Below are positions 1 to 8,426 of a DNA stretch of 44,066 nt, one piece after another; position 1 is the stretch's first letter; each line of letters begins with the position of its first letter. The DNA comes from a phage. A program made the translations under genes and the position numbers. The DNA lies in NCBI GenBank assembly GCA_029093145.1, contig GCA_029093145.1_4347.1, one strand, 5' to 3'. The notes under the pieces are model-generated. The model saw only the letters and a program-made list of their open reading frames with translations. It searched no databases and was not told where the DNA came from.

Positions 1-9
1 AATGACTAG

Positions 10-38
10 TTGACTATTACCTACGACCCTATTATATT
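10..38 (+). promoter_or_regulatory. sigma70-like promoter TTGACT-N17-TATATT upstream of first early gene
   Basis: TTGACT at 10-15, 17-nt spacer, TATATT at 33-38; SD GGAG then ATG at 72. Confidence 0.45.
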
Positions 39-71
39 TACTCCATCGACAACGAGAACGGAGTAGAGAAG

Positions 72-320
72 ATGAGTAACGTACAGACAATCGCAATAAC
101 CGAGGAACTTGAAGCCAAATGTATCGCATGGACTATGGGTAATGACCCGGTTGCTATGCGTAAATTTCCAATGAAAATCACAGACATCGAAGCATTCAAA
201 GATGCACAACTGATGGCACGCATCGCCGTTAGTAACCTGAGCAATAGCATCCCTGCGGACGCGTTCTGGTTCGCTGCAATGCAGACCCTGAAGGCCGCTT
301 ATGCAGGAGAGAAGAAATGA
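72..320 (+). CDS. hypothetical early protein (82 aa)
   Basis: ORF with SD GGAGTAGAGAAG upstream of ATG; first of a chain of overlapping small genes. Confidence 0.5.
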   Translation: MSNVQTIAITEELEAKCIAWTMGNDPVAMRKFPMKITDIEAFKDAQLMARIAVSNLSNSIPADAFWFAAMQTLKAAYAGEKK

Positions 321-514
321 AAGTTAAAGCCGCTAAAATTCTCTGGTTAGCCGCCCTTGACTATGTGACAGAGGGTAAAGTGTATGATGTATACAACCCG
401 ACAGCTACTGGTTTCGGTTATATAGTCGCCGACGACGACTGCGATATTTTCATAGACTTTGGTAACGATGAAGGTGATGGTTTCCACGGCGTTAAATGGG
501 AGGTTGTAGAATGA
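317..514 (+). CDS. small acidic hypothetical protein (65 aa)
   Basis: ATGA start/stop overlap with upstream gene; D/E-rich (ADDDCDIFIDFGNDEGDG). Confidence 0.5.
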   Translation: MKVKAAKILWLAALDYVTEGKVYDVYNPTATGFGYIVADDDCDIFIDFGNDEGDGFHGVKWEVVE

Positions 515-669
515 GCGAACAAGGTCAAGTAAGCCAACCACTACGGGTAGGCCGTAAAGTCAGCCACACCCCGTTCCCGACACGCGAGGAACTGATGAAA
601 CGTAACAGTTTCCCTGGGCCGGACAAGAACAAGTATCTCAATCGCATGTGGGGAGAGCGTAAAGAATGA
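511..669 (+). CDS. hypothetical small protein (52 aa)
   Basis: ATGA overlap with previous gene; hand-translated ORF below the track length cutoff. Confidence 0.35.
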   Translation: MSEQGQVSQPLRVGRKVSHTPFPTREELMKRNSFPGPDKNKYLNRMWGERKE

Positions 670-779
670 CTGACCGCGAATACGAGAAGGCATGCGTAGA
701 GTCGGCGCTAGGTATGTACGCTATTGAAGAGTGCGACAAGACGATTGCCGAATTAGAAAAGGCGTTATCTGTGGGGTAG
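666..779 (+). CDS. hypothetical small protein (37 aa)
   Basis: ATGA overlap with previous ORF; hand-translated. Confidence 0.3.
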   Translation: MTDREYEKACVESALGMYAIEECDKTIAELEKALSVG

Positions 780-785
780 ATACTA

Positions 786-956
786 ATGTTCAGCGACATC
801 AACGCAGCAATCGAAGAGGCAATCTGGCGCCGTTACAACGGCGAGCAACAGCGTCACTTCTGCCTGGTGCAACGCGGCAACATGGTCGCCGTAGTGCAGG
901 ACCGCGATAACAAATATCCGAATGCGATGTGGACGACGAGGAATTTCTTAGGATGA
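786..956 (+). CDS. hypothetical small protein (56 aa)
   Basis: ATG at 786; stop overlaps ATG at 953 of next gene. Confidence 0.35.
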   Translation: MFSDINAAIEEAIWRRYNGEQQRHFCLVQRGNMVAVVQDRDNKYPNAMWTTRNFLG

Positions 957-1189
957 TTACCAGCATTCCTAACCTTATTAAAGAATTTGGCACGATGGCG
1001 GAGACGTGCCGACAAACAGGCCTCAACGAAATGACGATTGCGAAGTACAGCAAAGACGTGAAATGCGAGCGCCATGTAATTTATAATAACCGCCTTATGA
1101 CGCACGTTAAGACAAGCCCGGTGTTATTCACGCGCCGCGGTATCACTAAAACAGAGCAACGAATCGCTAGAGGGGATGGCGGGGAATGA
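953..1189 (+). CDS. hypothetical protein (78 aa; track ORF 929-1189 with GTG start)
   Basis: ATG 953 overlaps stop of upstream ORF (GGATGATT); in frame with track ORF. Confidence 0.45.
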   Translation: MITSIPNLIKEFGTMAETCRQTGLNEMTIAKYSKDVKCERHVIYNNRLMTHVKTSPVLFTRRGITKTEQRIARGDGGE

Positions 1190-1458
1190 TTGGATATGAT
1201 AACTACCACATAAACCGGTGTGAGGCGCTTGAGTTTTTGTCCAGAAACTTCCGCGATTTCCCGGAGCACATGCCAAATGTACGCGAAGTCGCGGAGGGTA
1301 TTTCCGATAACATATTCAAAGGCTGGCGATTCGTCGTTATTGATTCTGGTGAGTTGGTTTTCGCTGACTGCCTTTCACCATGTATTCGTAAAATAGACCT
1401 TGAGGAATTTAATGCAACTTTTAGTCTTTCCGAATGCCTGGACTATAGCCGTAGCTAA
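1186..1458 (+). CDS. hypothetical protein (90 aa)
   Basis: ATGA overlap with upstream gene; followed by hairpin terminator. Confidence 0.5.
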   Translation: MIGYDNYHINRCEALEFLSRNFRDFPEHMPNVREVAEGISDNIFKGWRFVVIDSGELVFADCLSPCIRKIDLEEFNATFSLSECLDYSRS

Positions 1459-1516
1459 CGACCATTACGGCGGCGATGGTAAAAGAGCACCACGACACGG
1501 CCTATATAACTGATAC

Positions 1517-1540
1517 AAGCCCTCTACGGAGGGCTTTTCT
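1517..1540 (+). terminator. rho-independent terminator-like hairpin
   Basis: AAGCCCTC-TACGG-AGGGCTT followed by TTTCT. Confidence 0.5.
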
Positions 1541-1634
1541 GTACATCCCGCCCAATCCCCTTATATAATCCCTTTAGACGCGCAGGGCGCGTCTGGTGCG
1601 CTCTGATGGTCAGACGCATATGCAAGGGGATTCT

Positions 1635-2180
1635 ATGAAGCTGAAACTCAAGCAGCCATCACCAGAGGTGGTGCAAGCTGCACATGAAGAAGCTGTTAGC
1701 GCAAACCGTCGCCGTAAACGACCGCGCGGTAAACAGAGCCTTTATCAATCATCCCGTAATTCCGCCGCGTTGTGGGACCCGGGCTATTGCGATGCACTAA
1801 TCGAGTTCTTCGACCGCACGTCGTGGGAGCTTGTGCCTACGTCTAAGGGTGACGAACGCCCGCTGATTCAGGATAAACCACCGTCACTGGCCCGCTTCGC
1901 CTTACACATCGGAGTCACTATCCCGATTATTAAGCTTTGGCTGCGTGAGATTCCCGCATTTGCAGAAGCCTGGGAGACGGCGCAGGCACTGGAAGAGGCG
2001 TACTTCACTGAGACAGGGGCTGCGGGCATCTCGGCTACGTTTGCCGCGGCTAAACTGGGCCTCAGCAAAGAGAAACCGGTTGCATCCACCGAAGAACCAG
2101 CACCGACTGAGATTGTTTTCAGTGTTGCGGAGCCTGTAGGTAAAATCGTAACAACGAACATGGGTGAGGTAGAGGAATGA
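1635..2180 (+). CDS. terS: terminase small subunit (putative)
   Basis: Immediately upstream of and overlapping the large terminase gene; basic N-terminal patch (NRRRKRPRGK); SD AAGGGGA before ATG 1635 (track ORF opens at 1596). Confidence 0.55.
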   Translation: MKLKLKQPSPEVVQAAHEEAVSANRRRKRPRGKQSLYQSSRNSAALWDPGYCDALIEFFDRTSWELVPTSKGDERPLIQDKPPSLARFALHIGVTIPIIKLWLREIPAFAEAWETAQALEEAYFTETGAAGISATFAAAKLGLSKEKPVASTEEPAPTEIVFSVAEPVGKIVTTNMGEVEE

Positions 2181-3427
2181 GTATTCAGCTATCCGCACCA
2201 CAGGCACTGTTCCTGAATTGCGATAACAAATACAAGGCCTATGTCGGAGGCTTCGGTAGCGGCAAGACATTTGTCGGCTGTCTCGACCTGCTTACGTTCA
2301 TGCTCCGGAACCCGGGTACCCGCCTGGGCTACTTCGGCCCCACCTACCCGGCTATCCGCGACATCTTCTACCCGACATTCGAGGAAGCGGCTAACCTCCT
2401 CGGCCTCGATGTGCTGGTTAAATCTGGCGACAAAGAAGTCGTGGTCACTCGCGGTAAGACGGTGCTCGGAACTGTTATCTGCCGCTCGATGGATAACCCC
2501 GGCTCGATAGTCGGCTTCAAAATCGCGGCTGCGGTCGTGGATGAGCTGGACGTATTGAGCCGTGAGAAAGCCGAGCTGGCGTGGAACAAAATCGTAGCCC
2601 GCATGCGTCTGGTTATCCCGGGGGTAATTAACCACATCTCCGTCACCACGACTCCGGAAGGGTTCAAGTTCGTTTACGCCAAGTTCAAGGAGAACCCGAC
2701 GCCGAGTTACTCAATGGTGCAGGCGTCCACTCACGAGAACGCCAGATTCCTGCCGCCGGATTACATTAGCTCGCTGACTGAGACTTACCCGGCGCAACTG
2801 ATTAACGCGTATCTGAACGGTGAGTTTGTCAACCTGACATCCGGAAGCGTGTATTACGCATACGACCGACGCAAGCACCGCAGCAAAGAGACAATTCAAC
2901 CGGGCGACACGCTGTACATCGGGCAGGACTTCAACGTTACGAAGAACGCCAGCGCCGTGTATGTGCAGCGTAAAGATGGATGGCACGCGGTTGCAGAACT
3001 GAAGGGCCTGTTCGATACGCCGGACACCGTGCGCGTAATTACCGAGAAGTGGAAGTCACAAGGCCACCGCATCGTCGTTTACCCCGACGCTAGCGGCAAG
3101 AACCGTAAGACAAACTCGGCGTCAATCTCTGATATTGCATTACTCCAGCAGGCGGGTTTCGATGTTCGCGCTAAATCAGCCAACCCCCCGGTTAAAGACC
3201 GCGTTTTAGCCGTGAACACCGCGCTGGAAAAAGGTAAGCTGTGGGTTAATGACCACTTATGTCCTGAGATAGCCAAGACGCTGGAACAGCAGGCATACGA
3301 CGATAACGGAGAGCCGGCTAAAGACGGCGTCATTGACCATATGGCTGATGCTCTCGGCTATCCTGTAGTTTATGAGATGCCGGTGGTTAAACCAGTAATC
3401 AACATCCCGGTGACTTTCGCACTTTAA
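2177..3427 (+). CDS. terL: terminase large subunit
   Basis: Walker A GGFGSGKT, Walker B-like AAAVVDELD, size 416 aa, position before portal. Confidence 0.9.
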   Translation: MSIQLSAPQALFLNCDNKYKAYVGGFGSGKTFVGCLDLLTFMLRNPGTRLGYFGPTYPAIRDIFYPTFEEAANLLGLDVLVKSGDKEVVVTRGKTVLGTVICRSMDNPGSIVGFKIAAAVVDELDVLSREKAELAWNKIVARMRLVIPGVINHISVTTTPEGFKFVYAKFKENPTPSYSMVQASTHENARFLPPDYISSLTETYPAQLINAYLNGEFVNLTSGSVYYAYDRRKHRSKETIQPGDTLYIGQDFNVTKNASAVYVQRKDGWHAVAELKGLFDTPDTVRVITEKWKSQGHRIVVYPDASGKNRKTNSASISDIALLQQAGFDVRAKSANPPVKDRVLAVNTALEKGKLWVNDHLCPEIAKTLEQQAYDDNGEPAKDGVIDHMADALGYPVVYEMPVVKPVINIPVTFAL

Positions 3428-3439
3428 GAGGATTATTAA

Positions 3440-4909
3440 ATGTTAACTATGAACGGTCAGAATCAGGGTGTTAAGACAAAACACCGGGAATGGCTGCATC
3501 ACTTCGATAAATGGCAGAAGGTACGCCACGCGCTGGAAGGCGACCTTATTCGCTATCTGCGCAACGTCGGGAAGAACGAACCTGACCCGACCTACGCAGC
3601 CCAGCGCCAGGAAGAATACGAGAACGGTGCTATCTGTTACAACTTCACTAAACGTACCCTGGCGGGGATGACGGGGTCAGTGATGCGCAAAGACCCTGAG
3701 CAGATTATCCCGCCTGAACTTGAGTACCTGTTGCACAACGCTGACGGTTCGGGTGTAGGGCTGTGGCAGCACGCGCAGGATACGTTAATGGAGATTGACT
3801 CGATAGGACGCGGTGGGTTGCTGGTGGATGCCCCGGAAACAGCCGCAGCAACGGCGGCAGAGCAGAACGCGGGATTATTAAACCCGGTAATCGCATTCTA
3901 TACCGCGGAGAACATTATCAACTGGAGACTCACCCGCATCGGTTCAGTGAACCGCGTGACGATGGTTGTATTGCGTGAGGCATGGGAATACTCGGAACCA
4001 GGCGCTGAGTTTGAAACAAAATTAGGCGAGCAATACCGCGTCCTTGACCTGATTGACGGTCGCTACCGCCAGCGCATCTACCGCTTCGATGCCGAAGGTG
4101 GTGCACAGGATGAAGTAATCGAAATCTTCCCGGAACTCGGCGAACAGTTGCGCGGTAAAATCCCGTTCACGTTCATTGGCGCAAGCAACAACGACGCCAC
4201 TATAGACGATGCGCCTTTACTGCCGTTAGCTGAGCTAAATATAGGACACTTCAGAAATTCGGCCGATGTGGAAGAGGCCAGCTTTATAGTAGGTCAACCG
4301 ACACTGTTCATTGCCCCCGGCGAGAACATGAGCATGGAGCAGTGGAAAGAAGCCAACCCACACGGCATACGCATGGGGTCGCGTTCAGGCCACAACATCG
4401 GCTCCGGCGGAAATGCGTTTCTGGTTCAGGCGGCGGAAACTAACCTCGCCAAACAGAATATGCTGGATAAAGAGAATCAGGCCATCCAGATTGGCGCGCA
4501 GCTTATCACCCCGACGCAGCAAATCACCGCGGAATCGGCCCGCCTGCAACGCGGCGCCGACACGTCAGTCATGGCAACAATAGCACGTAATGTAAGCATG
4601 GCGTATACCGATGCGTTGCGCTGGGTTGCGGGTATGCTTGGGCTTAGTGAAGATACTGAGATTGAATTCAAACTTAACATGGAGTTCTTCCTGCAACCGA
4701 TGACCGCTCAGGACCGTGCACAGTGGATGGCGGATATTAACGCGGGCCTGTTACCAGCTACTGCTTACTATGCGGCATTGCGTAAAGCAGGCGTAACCGA
4801 TTGGACCGATGAGGACATTCAGAACGCTATTGGGGACGCACCGCTGCCGTTGGGTGCGGTTGCTCAGGTAGCAGGAGAAATTCCGCAGTCCGCGCAACAA
4901 CAGGAGTAA
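3440..4909 (+). CDS. portal protein
   Basis: 489 aa ORF directly after terL with SD AGAGGA; canonical position. Confidence 0.8.
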   Translation: MLTMNGQNQGVKTKHREWLHHFDKWQKVRHALEGDLIRYLRNVGKNEPDPTYAAQRQEEYENGAICYNFTKRTLAGMTGSVMRKDPEQIIPPELEYLLHNADGSGVGLWQHAQDTLMEIDSIGRGGLLVDAPETAAATAAEQNAGLLNPVIAFYTAENIINWRLTRIGSVNRVTMVVLREAWEYSEPGAEFETKLGEQYRVLDLIDGRYRQRIYRFDAEGGAQDEVIEIFPELGEQLRGKIPFTFIGASNNDATIDDAPLLPLAELNIGHFRNSADVEEASFIVGQPTLFIAPGENMSMEQWKEANPHGIRMGSRSGHNIGSGGNAFLVQAAETNLAKQNMLDKENQAIQIGAQLITPTQQITAESARLQRGADTSVMATIARNVSMAYTDALRWVAGMLGLSEDTEIEFKLNMEFFLQPMTAQDRAQWMADINAGLLPATAYYAALRKAGVTDWTDEDIQNAIGDAPLPLGAVAQVAGEIPQSAQQQE

Positions 4910-4913
4910 ATAG

Positions 4914-4940
4914 AAAGGCCCCGCTAGGGGCCTTAGTTTT
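4914..4940. terminator. bidirectional terminator hairpin
   Basis: AGGCCCC-GCTA-GGGGCCT then TAGTTTT; sits between convergent genes. Confidence 0.6.
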
Positions 4941-5592
4941 AACGTATATTAGCCGCACATTTACGCACAACCCGAGGTATCGCCTCTTTCAGTTCACCCC
5001 ATGTATTAACGGCCTCCATGTCAAGAAGCGTCACCAGAGCTTTCTGGATGTCACTTCGCAACTGATTGGTCTTCGCATCCTGAGAGTCCCATGTATCGAA
5101 ACCCGTTACGTCGCGGATATCTACGGATTCCTTTACCGCTTTAGCCACCTGTATGAAGTGTCCACTGTGGCCAATTCTTCCCTCCGTGCGCTCGATCATT
5201 CGACTAACGGCAGCGTTAAGCTCGACAAAGCTCACCGCGCCAATGTTTCGTAGTTCTACCTGCCGTTGTGTGATAAAGCGGTCGATAACGAGGAAATGGA
5301 AATAGGCGCTGTATTGCTCAGCAATATATACTGCCAGATGGAGACATGCAAAGGTGCGACCGTTTCGGCCTTTCGTCGCCCTTATGGCATTCTCGATTCC
5401 GAGTTGTTTTTCGCATTCCTCCTTGAAAATCTTGAAGCCATCCGTTGCCATGACCTGGCGAAGCTCTCTGGCCCCCATGCCGTTGTCTAAACGCCAACGG
5501 TTCATCTGGTCAACCAGCTCGTTTACGTTAATAAAGTTTTCACGGTCAAAAGTGATTTCTCCATAAGGGAACTCTAATGTTTGCAGTTTCAT
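4939..5592 (-). CDS. KilA-N/APSES-type DNA-binding protein (antirepressor-like)
   Basis: N-terminal region resembles KilA-N pattern (INVNELVD ... GRTFACLHLAVYIAEQ); antisense to flanking structural genes; SD AGGAGA. Confidence 0.4.
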   Translation of the reverse strand: MKLQTLEFPYGEITFDRENFINVNELVDQMNRWRLDNGMGARELRQVMATDGFKIFKEECEKQLGIENAIRATKGRNGRTFACLHLAVYIAEQYSAYFHFLVIDRFITQRQVELRNIGAVSFVELNAAVSRMIERTEGRIGHSGHFIQVAKAVKESVDIRDVTGFDTWDSQDAKTNQLRSDIQKALVTLLDMEAVNTWGELKEAIPRVVRKCAANIR

Positions 5593-5620
5593 GTGTATTT
5601 CTCCTGTTTAAGTGTACGTT

Positions 5621-5648
5621 TAAATTCTACATTTGAATGTAGAATTTA
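5621..5648. promoter_or_regulatory. operator-like palindrome in divergent promoter region
   Basis: TAAATTCTACAT-TTGA-ATGTAGAATTTA, 12-bp perfect arms, between start of minus gene (5592) and plus gene (5735). Confidence 0.4.
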
Positions 5649-5734
5649 ATCAAGCTCTTTTTAACCTTAAATGCGTATGATTATGCCAATACGTTACCGA
5701 CTGATATGATTGTCATATCGAAACAGGAGGGTAT

Positions 5735-6778
5735 ATGAGCTTACTGACATCACTAATCAGCCACCAGATTTGGCTGCAACGCACCGCATCTGGTGAAGTG
5801 AAAGACCTAGCACCGTTCATTCAGGAGATGCGGGACGAAATAAAACGGCAGGTGCTGTTATTCGGTGACGACGGGCGAAGCACTGCCCGACTGAATAAAT
5901 TGTTACGCGACCTTGAAGAAGCACTGGTGAGGCTTACGGGCGACTGGCAGACAAAGCTGACAGAAGACCTTAAGGAACTGGCGGCGTATGAGGCTGAGTG
6001 GAACGTAAAGACACTGACCGCCAACGTAGACGCGGAATTTGTTACGCCTACCGCTGAGCAGGTATGGGCCGCTGCCGAGTTTCAACCATTATCATTGAGC
6101 GACAAGCCCGTTGATTTCACCAAGCTGATGTCTGGATGGGGTGAAACGGAAGTAGCACGTCTTGTAACTGGAGTTAAGATGGGCTTTGTGCAAGGTCAAA
6201 CCACACGGCAGATTGTTAAGAATGTTGTTGGCGCTGGTGGACTAGCCGACATCTCAGAACGTAACGCGACTACGGTAATCCGCACCGCGCTGTCCCACGT
6301 ATCCAACGAGGCCCGTAACGAGACGTACCGCCAGAACGACGACATCATCGAGAAATATGAGTGGGTGTCAACTTTGGACAGCCGTACCAGCACGATTTGC
6401 AGGGCCAGAGACGGAATGACGTGGGAAATCGGTAAAGGTCCGATGCCACCAGCCCATCCTAATTGCCGGTCGTGCACGGCTCCGGTAATCAGTTCCGAGT
6501 TCGACTTCCTCGATAAAGGCGCAAAACGCGCGGCTAAAGGCGCGGAAGGTGGCACTCAGGTAAGCGCAGACACCACTTACTACGAGTTCCTTAAACAACA
6601 ACCGGCGTGGTTTCAGGACCAGGCGCTCGGCCCGGTGCGAGGTAAGATTTTCCGTAACAGCGGTATATCGCCGGAAGAGTTTCGCGTAATATCTGTAGAT
6701 GGTTTCGGGAATCCGCTCACGCTTAAGCAGATGGCGGAACTCGATAAACGTGTTGCTGATTATCTGAAAGGGGAATAA
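5735..6778 (+). CDS. head morphogenesis protein (Mu F / SPP1 gp7-like, putative)
   Basis: 347 aa ORF after portal with SD AGGAGGG; canonical position of minor head morphogenesis protein. Confidence 0.6.
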   Translation: MSLLTSLISHQIWLQRTASGEVKDLAPFIQEMRDEIKRQVLLFGDDGRSTARLNKLLRDLEEALVRLTGDWQTKLTEDLKELAAYEAEWNVKTLTANVDAEFVTPTAEQVWAAAEFQPLSLSDKPVDFTKLMSGWGETEVARLVTGVKMGFVQGQTTRQIVKNVVGAGGLADISERNATTVIRTALSHVSNEARNETYRQNDDIIEKYEWVSTLDSRTSTICRARDGMTWEIGKGPMPPAHPNCRSCTAPVISSEFDFLDKGAKRAAKGAEGGTQVSADTTYYEFLKQQPAWFQDQALGPVRGKIFRNSGISPEEFRVISVDGFGNPLTLKQMAELDKRVADYLKGE

Positions 6779-7239
6779 TGATGGGCTTTTTCAAAGTAAC
6801 TGACGTACCGTCTCGTCGCGTAGTCCAGTACGCCCGCGTGTCTGGCTCTGGCGAGAACGTGGTATTTATTGGGGACGAAAGTGTACTCGGTACACCGGTA
6901 GATGATATGCCGTTTGCATATAAAACCGGTATTGCGTTGCCCGCCGCCGGTATGCTTTATGAAATTCCGTATCTGGCGGACGCTGGCGACGTGTATTTCT
7001 CTGCGCAACCGCAGGACGCTGAACTGGCGGGCGGCAGCGCAACCATCACTGTCGAGGTTAAGGCAGGCAAAGCGCCGTATTCTCTGACCTGGTACAAAGA
7101 CGGTAAGGAAGTGGTGAATGCGCCTGAGGAGGCTCTGTCTCTGACGGTTAATGCGGTCGGCGAATACTTCGTTAAAGTTACCGATGCCGGTGGCGTAGAG
7201 GCCGTCAGTAAAGCGGCGAAGGTCGCTAAACCAGAATGA
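6778..7239 (+). CDS. Ig-like domain protein (possible capsid/virion decoration)
   Basis: Ig-like motif ATITVEVKAGKAPYSLTWYKDGKEV ... GEYFVKVTDAGG. Confidence 0.55.
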   Translation: MMGFFKVTDVPSRRVVQYARVSGSGENVVFIGDESVLGTPVDDMPFAYKTGIALPAAGMLYEIPYLADAGDVYFSAQPQDAELAGGSATITVEVKAGKAPYSLTWYKDGKEVVNAPEEALSLTVNAVGEYFVKVTDAGGVEAVSKAAKVAKPE

Positions 7240-7242
7240 TAA

Positions 7243-7270
7243 AAGGCCCCATTAAGGGGCCTTAGTTTTC
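7243..7270. terminator. terminator hairpin
   Basis: AAGGCCCC-ATTA-AGGGGCCTT then AGTTTTC. Confidence 0.6.
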
Positions 7271-7472
7271 AACGGAATCTTGTGTTTAAATCCTGCTCAT
7301 GGACAACCCTCAGAACAGTGTCATAATCCTCGTATCTTCCAGGTTCAAATATATCTAATGCCTTGTAAGCAGACATTGCGTCAGGGAAAACCTGCAGAAC
7401 CTTTTTAACCCGGCACAAGTCACCGTCGAACTCTTCATCGAACTCTTGAACTACTTCGCAAATTGCATACAT
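7269..7472 (-). CDS. small acidic hypothetical protein (67 aa), antisense moron
   Basis: Own promoter (7500-7528) and SD AGGAGGTGA; D/E-rich. Confidence 0.5.
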   Translation of the reverse strand: MYAICEVVQEFDEEFDGDLCRVKKVLQVFPDAMSAYKALDIFEPGRYEDYDTVLRVVHEQDLNTRFR

Positions 7473-7499
7473 TTTTCACCTCCTGTTTAAGTTAACTGA

Positions 7500-7528
7500 A
7501 TAGTACCCTATTATATTGGGGTGTGCAA
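7500..7528 (-). promoter_or_regulatory. class B promoter TTGCAC-N17-TACTAT with embedded AATAG-N4-CTATT dyad
   Basis: On minus strand TTGCACACCCCAATATAATAGGGTACTATTCA; near-identical copies at 16744-16772, 40040-40068, 41236-41264. Confidence 0.5.
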
Positions 7529-7580
7529 ACTATTTATTTACGTATTCCAGTTATTCCACCGAATTGTAAATGTTGGAATA

Positions 7581-7596
7581 AACTATTCGAATAGTT
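7581..7596. promoter_or_regulatory. perfect 16-bp palindrome AACTATTCGAATAGTT
   Basis: Self-complementary; half-site ACTATTC matches the promoter-associated motif. Confidence 0.4.
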
Positions 7597-7800
7597 GACT
7601 TTTCACTAAAAATATGATAAGCTCCACCTGAGCTTGTGAAGTATGAACAAGCGACCGCGGCGCGGGCAGGTAACGGAGCGGGACGTAAGTCCTGAGTGTA
7701 GTTACGCTGACGCGTTCGGAAGGGCCATACTCTATTGCTTGTGTAAAAAGTAACTGGTTTACTGAGATTACGCCGTTTCTATGTTTAAATGATAAGGACT

Positions 7801-7830
7801 AGCGCCCCGCTTTATGGCGGGGCTTTACTT
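7801..7830 (+). terminator. terminator-like hairpin upstream of spanin genes
   Basis: AGCGCCCCGC-TTTATG-GCGGGGCT followed by TTACTT. Confidence 0.4.
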
Positions 7831-7848
7831 ATCGAGAAAGGGGGAAAC

Positions 7849-8235
7849 ATGAATCTTAAAGCAACTGTCGTAGCAGGAGCATGTTTCATCATCCTGGCTT
7901 ACGCACACGGCATCTACCAGTACCGCAGCGGCTGGAGCGAAGGCCGGGCGAATCTCGTTTCGCAGCAACAGCAGAAAGCGCAGGCTGAGTTAGCGAAGAA
8001 AACACAACGGCAGCAGCAGGACGAATCAAAGGCCGCAGCCGCTGGCAACGAAGGCAAGACGAAATCAGAGGTGATTACCCGTGAAGTCGTTAAGTACATT
8101 AAAACACCTGGCCGTAGCGTGTGCACTTTTGACCCTGAGCGCGTGCAGCTCAAGTCCCGCGCCGTCGCCAACGCCAATTCCATCCCCGGATACGACGATG
8201 ATGCAGCCGCCGTGCAAACTGGCGCAGCCAAGTAG
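7849..8235 (+). CDS. i-spanin (Rz-like)
   Basis: N-terminal TM segment VVAGACFIILAYAHGI then Q/A/K-rich coiled-coil-like region; SD GGGGGAA; an overlapping lipoprotein gene in +1 frame. Confidence 0.55.
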   Translation: MNLKATVVAGACFIILAYAHGIYQYRSGWSEGRANLVSQQQQKAQAELAKKTQRQQQDESKAAAAGNEGKTKSEVITREVVKYIKTPGRSVCTFDPERVQLKSRAVANANSIPGYDDDAAAVQTGAAK

Positions 8236-8344
8236 CGACGCTGACGAAGATTTGGCTATCGACGTTCAGAATGCCGAATGTGTACGGCAACTGAGACTGA
8301 AAGTGTTCATGTTGCAGGATTACGTGAGGAATATTCTGGAATAG
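8081..8344 (+). CDS. o-spanin (Rz1-like lipoprotein), overlapping the Rz-like gene
   Basis: Signal peptide with lipobox LTLSAC followed by proline-rich segment PAPSPTPIPSP; embedded/overlapping in alternate frame of Rz-like ORF. Confidence 0.55.
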   Translation: MKSLSTLKHLAVACALLTLSACSSSPAPSPTPIPSPDTTMMQPPCKLAQPSSDADEDLAIDVQNAECVRQLRLKVFMLQDYVRNILE

Positions 8345-8426
8345 TTGCCTTGCATGTTGGGATAATTTATTCTTGACATGTAAATCCGGGTGGCCCGGAT
8401 TCCAACGTCCAGGGGACATACTGACT

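Noticed and set aside
7600-7790. GC-rich non-coding stretch checked for a tRNA gene
   Set aside because: No segment could be folded by eye into a cloverleaf with a T-loop-like GTTCnAnnC motif and acceptor stem; left as unexplained non-coding DNA.
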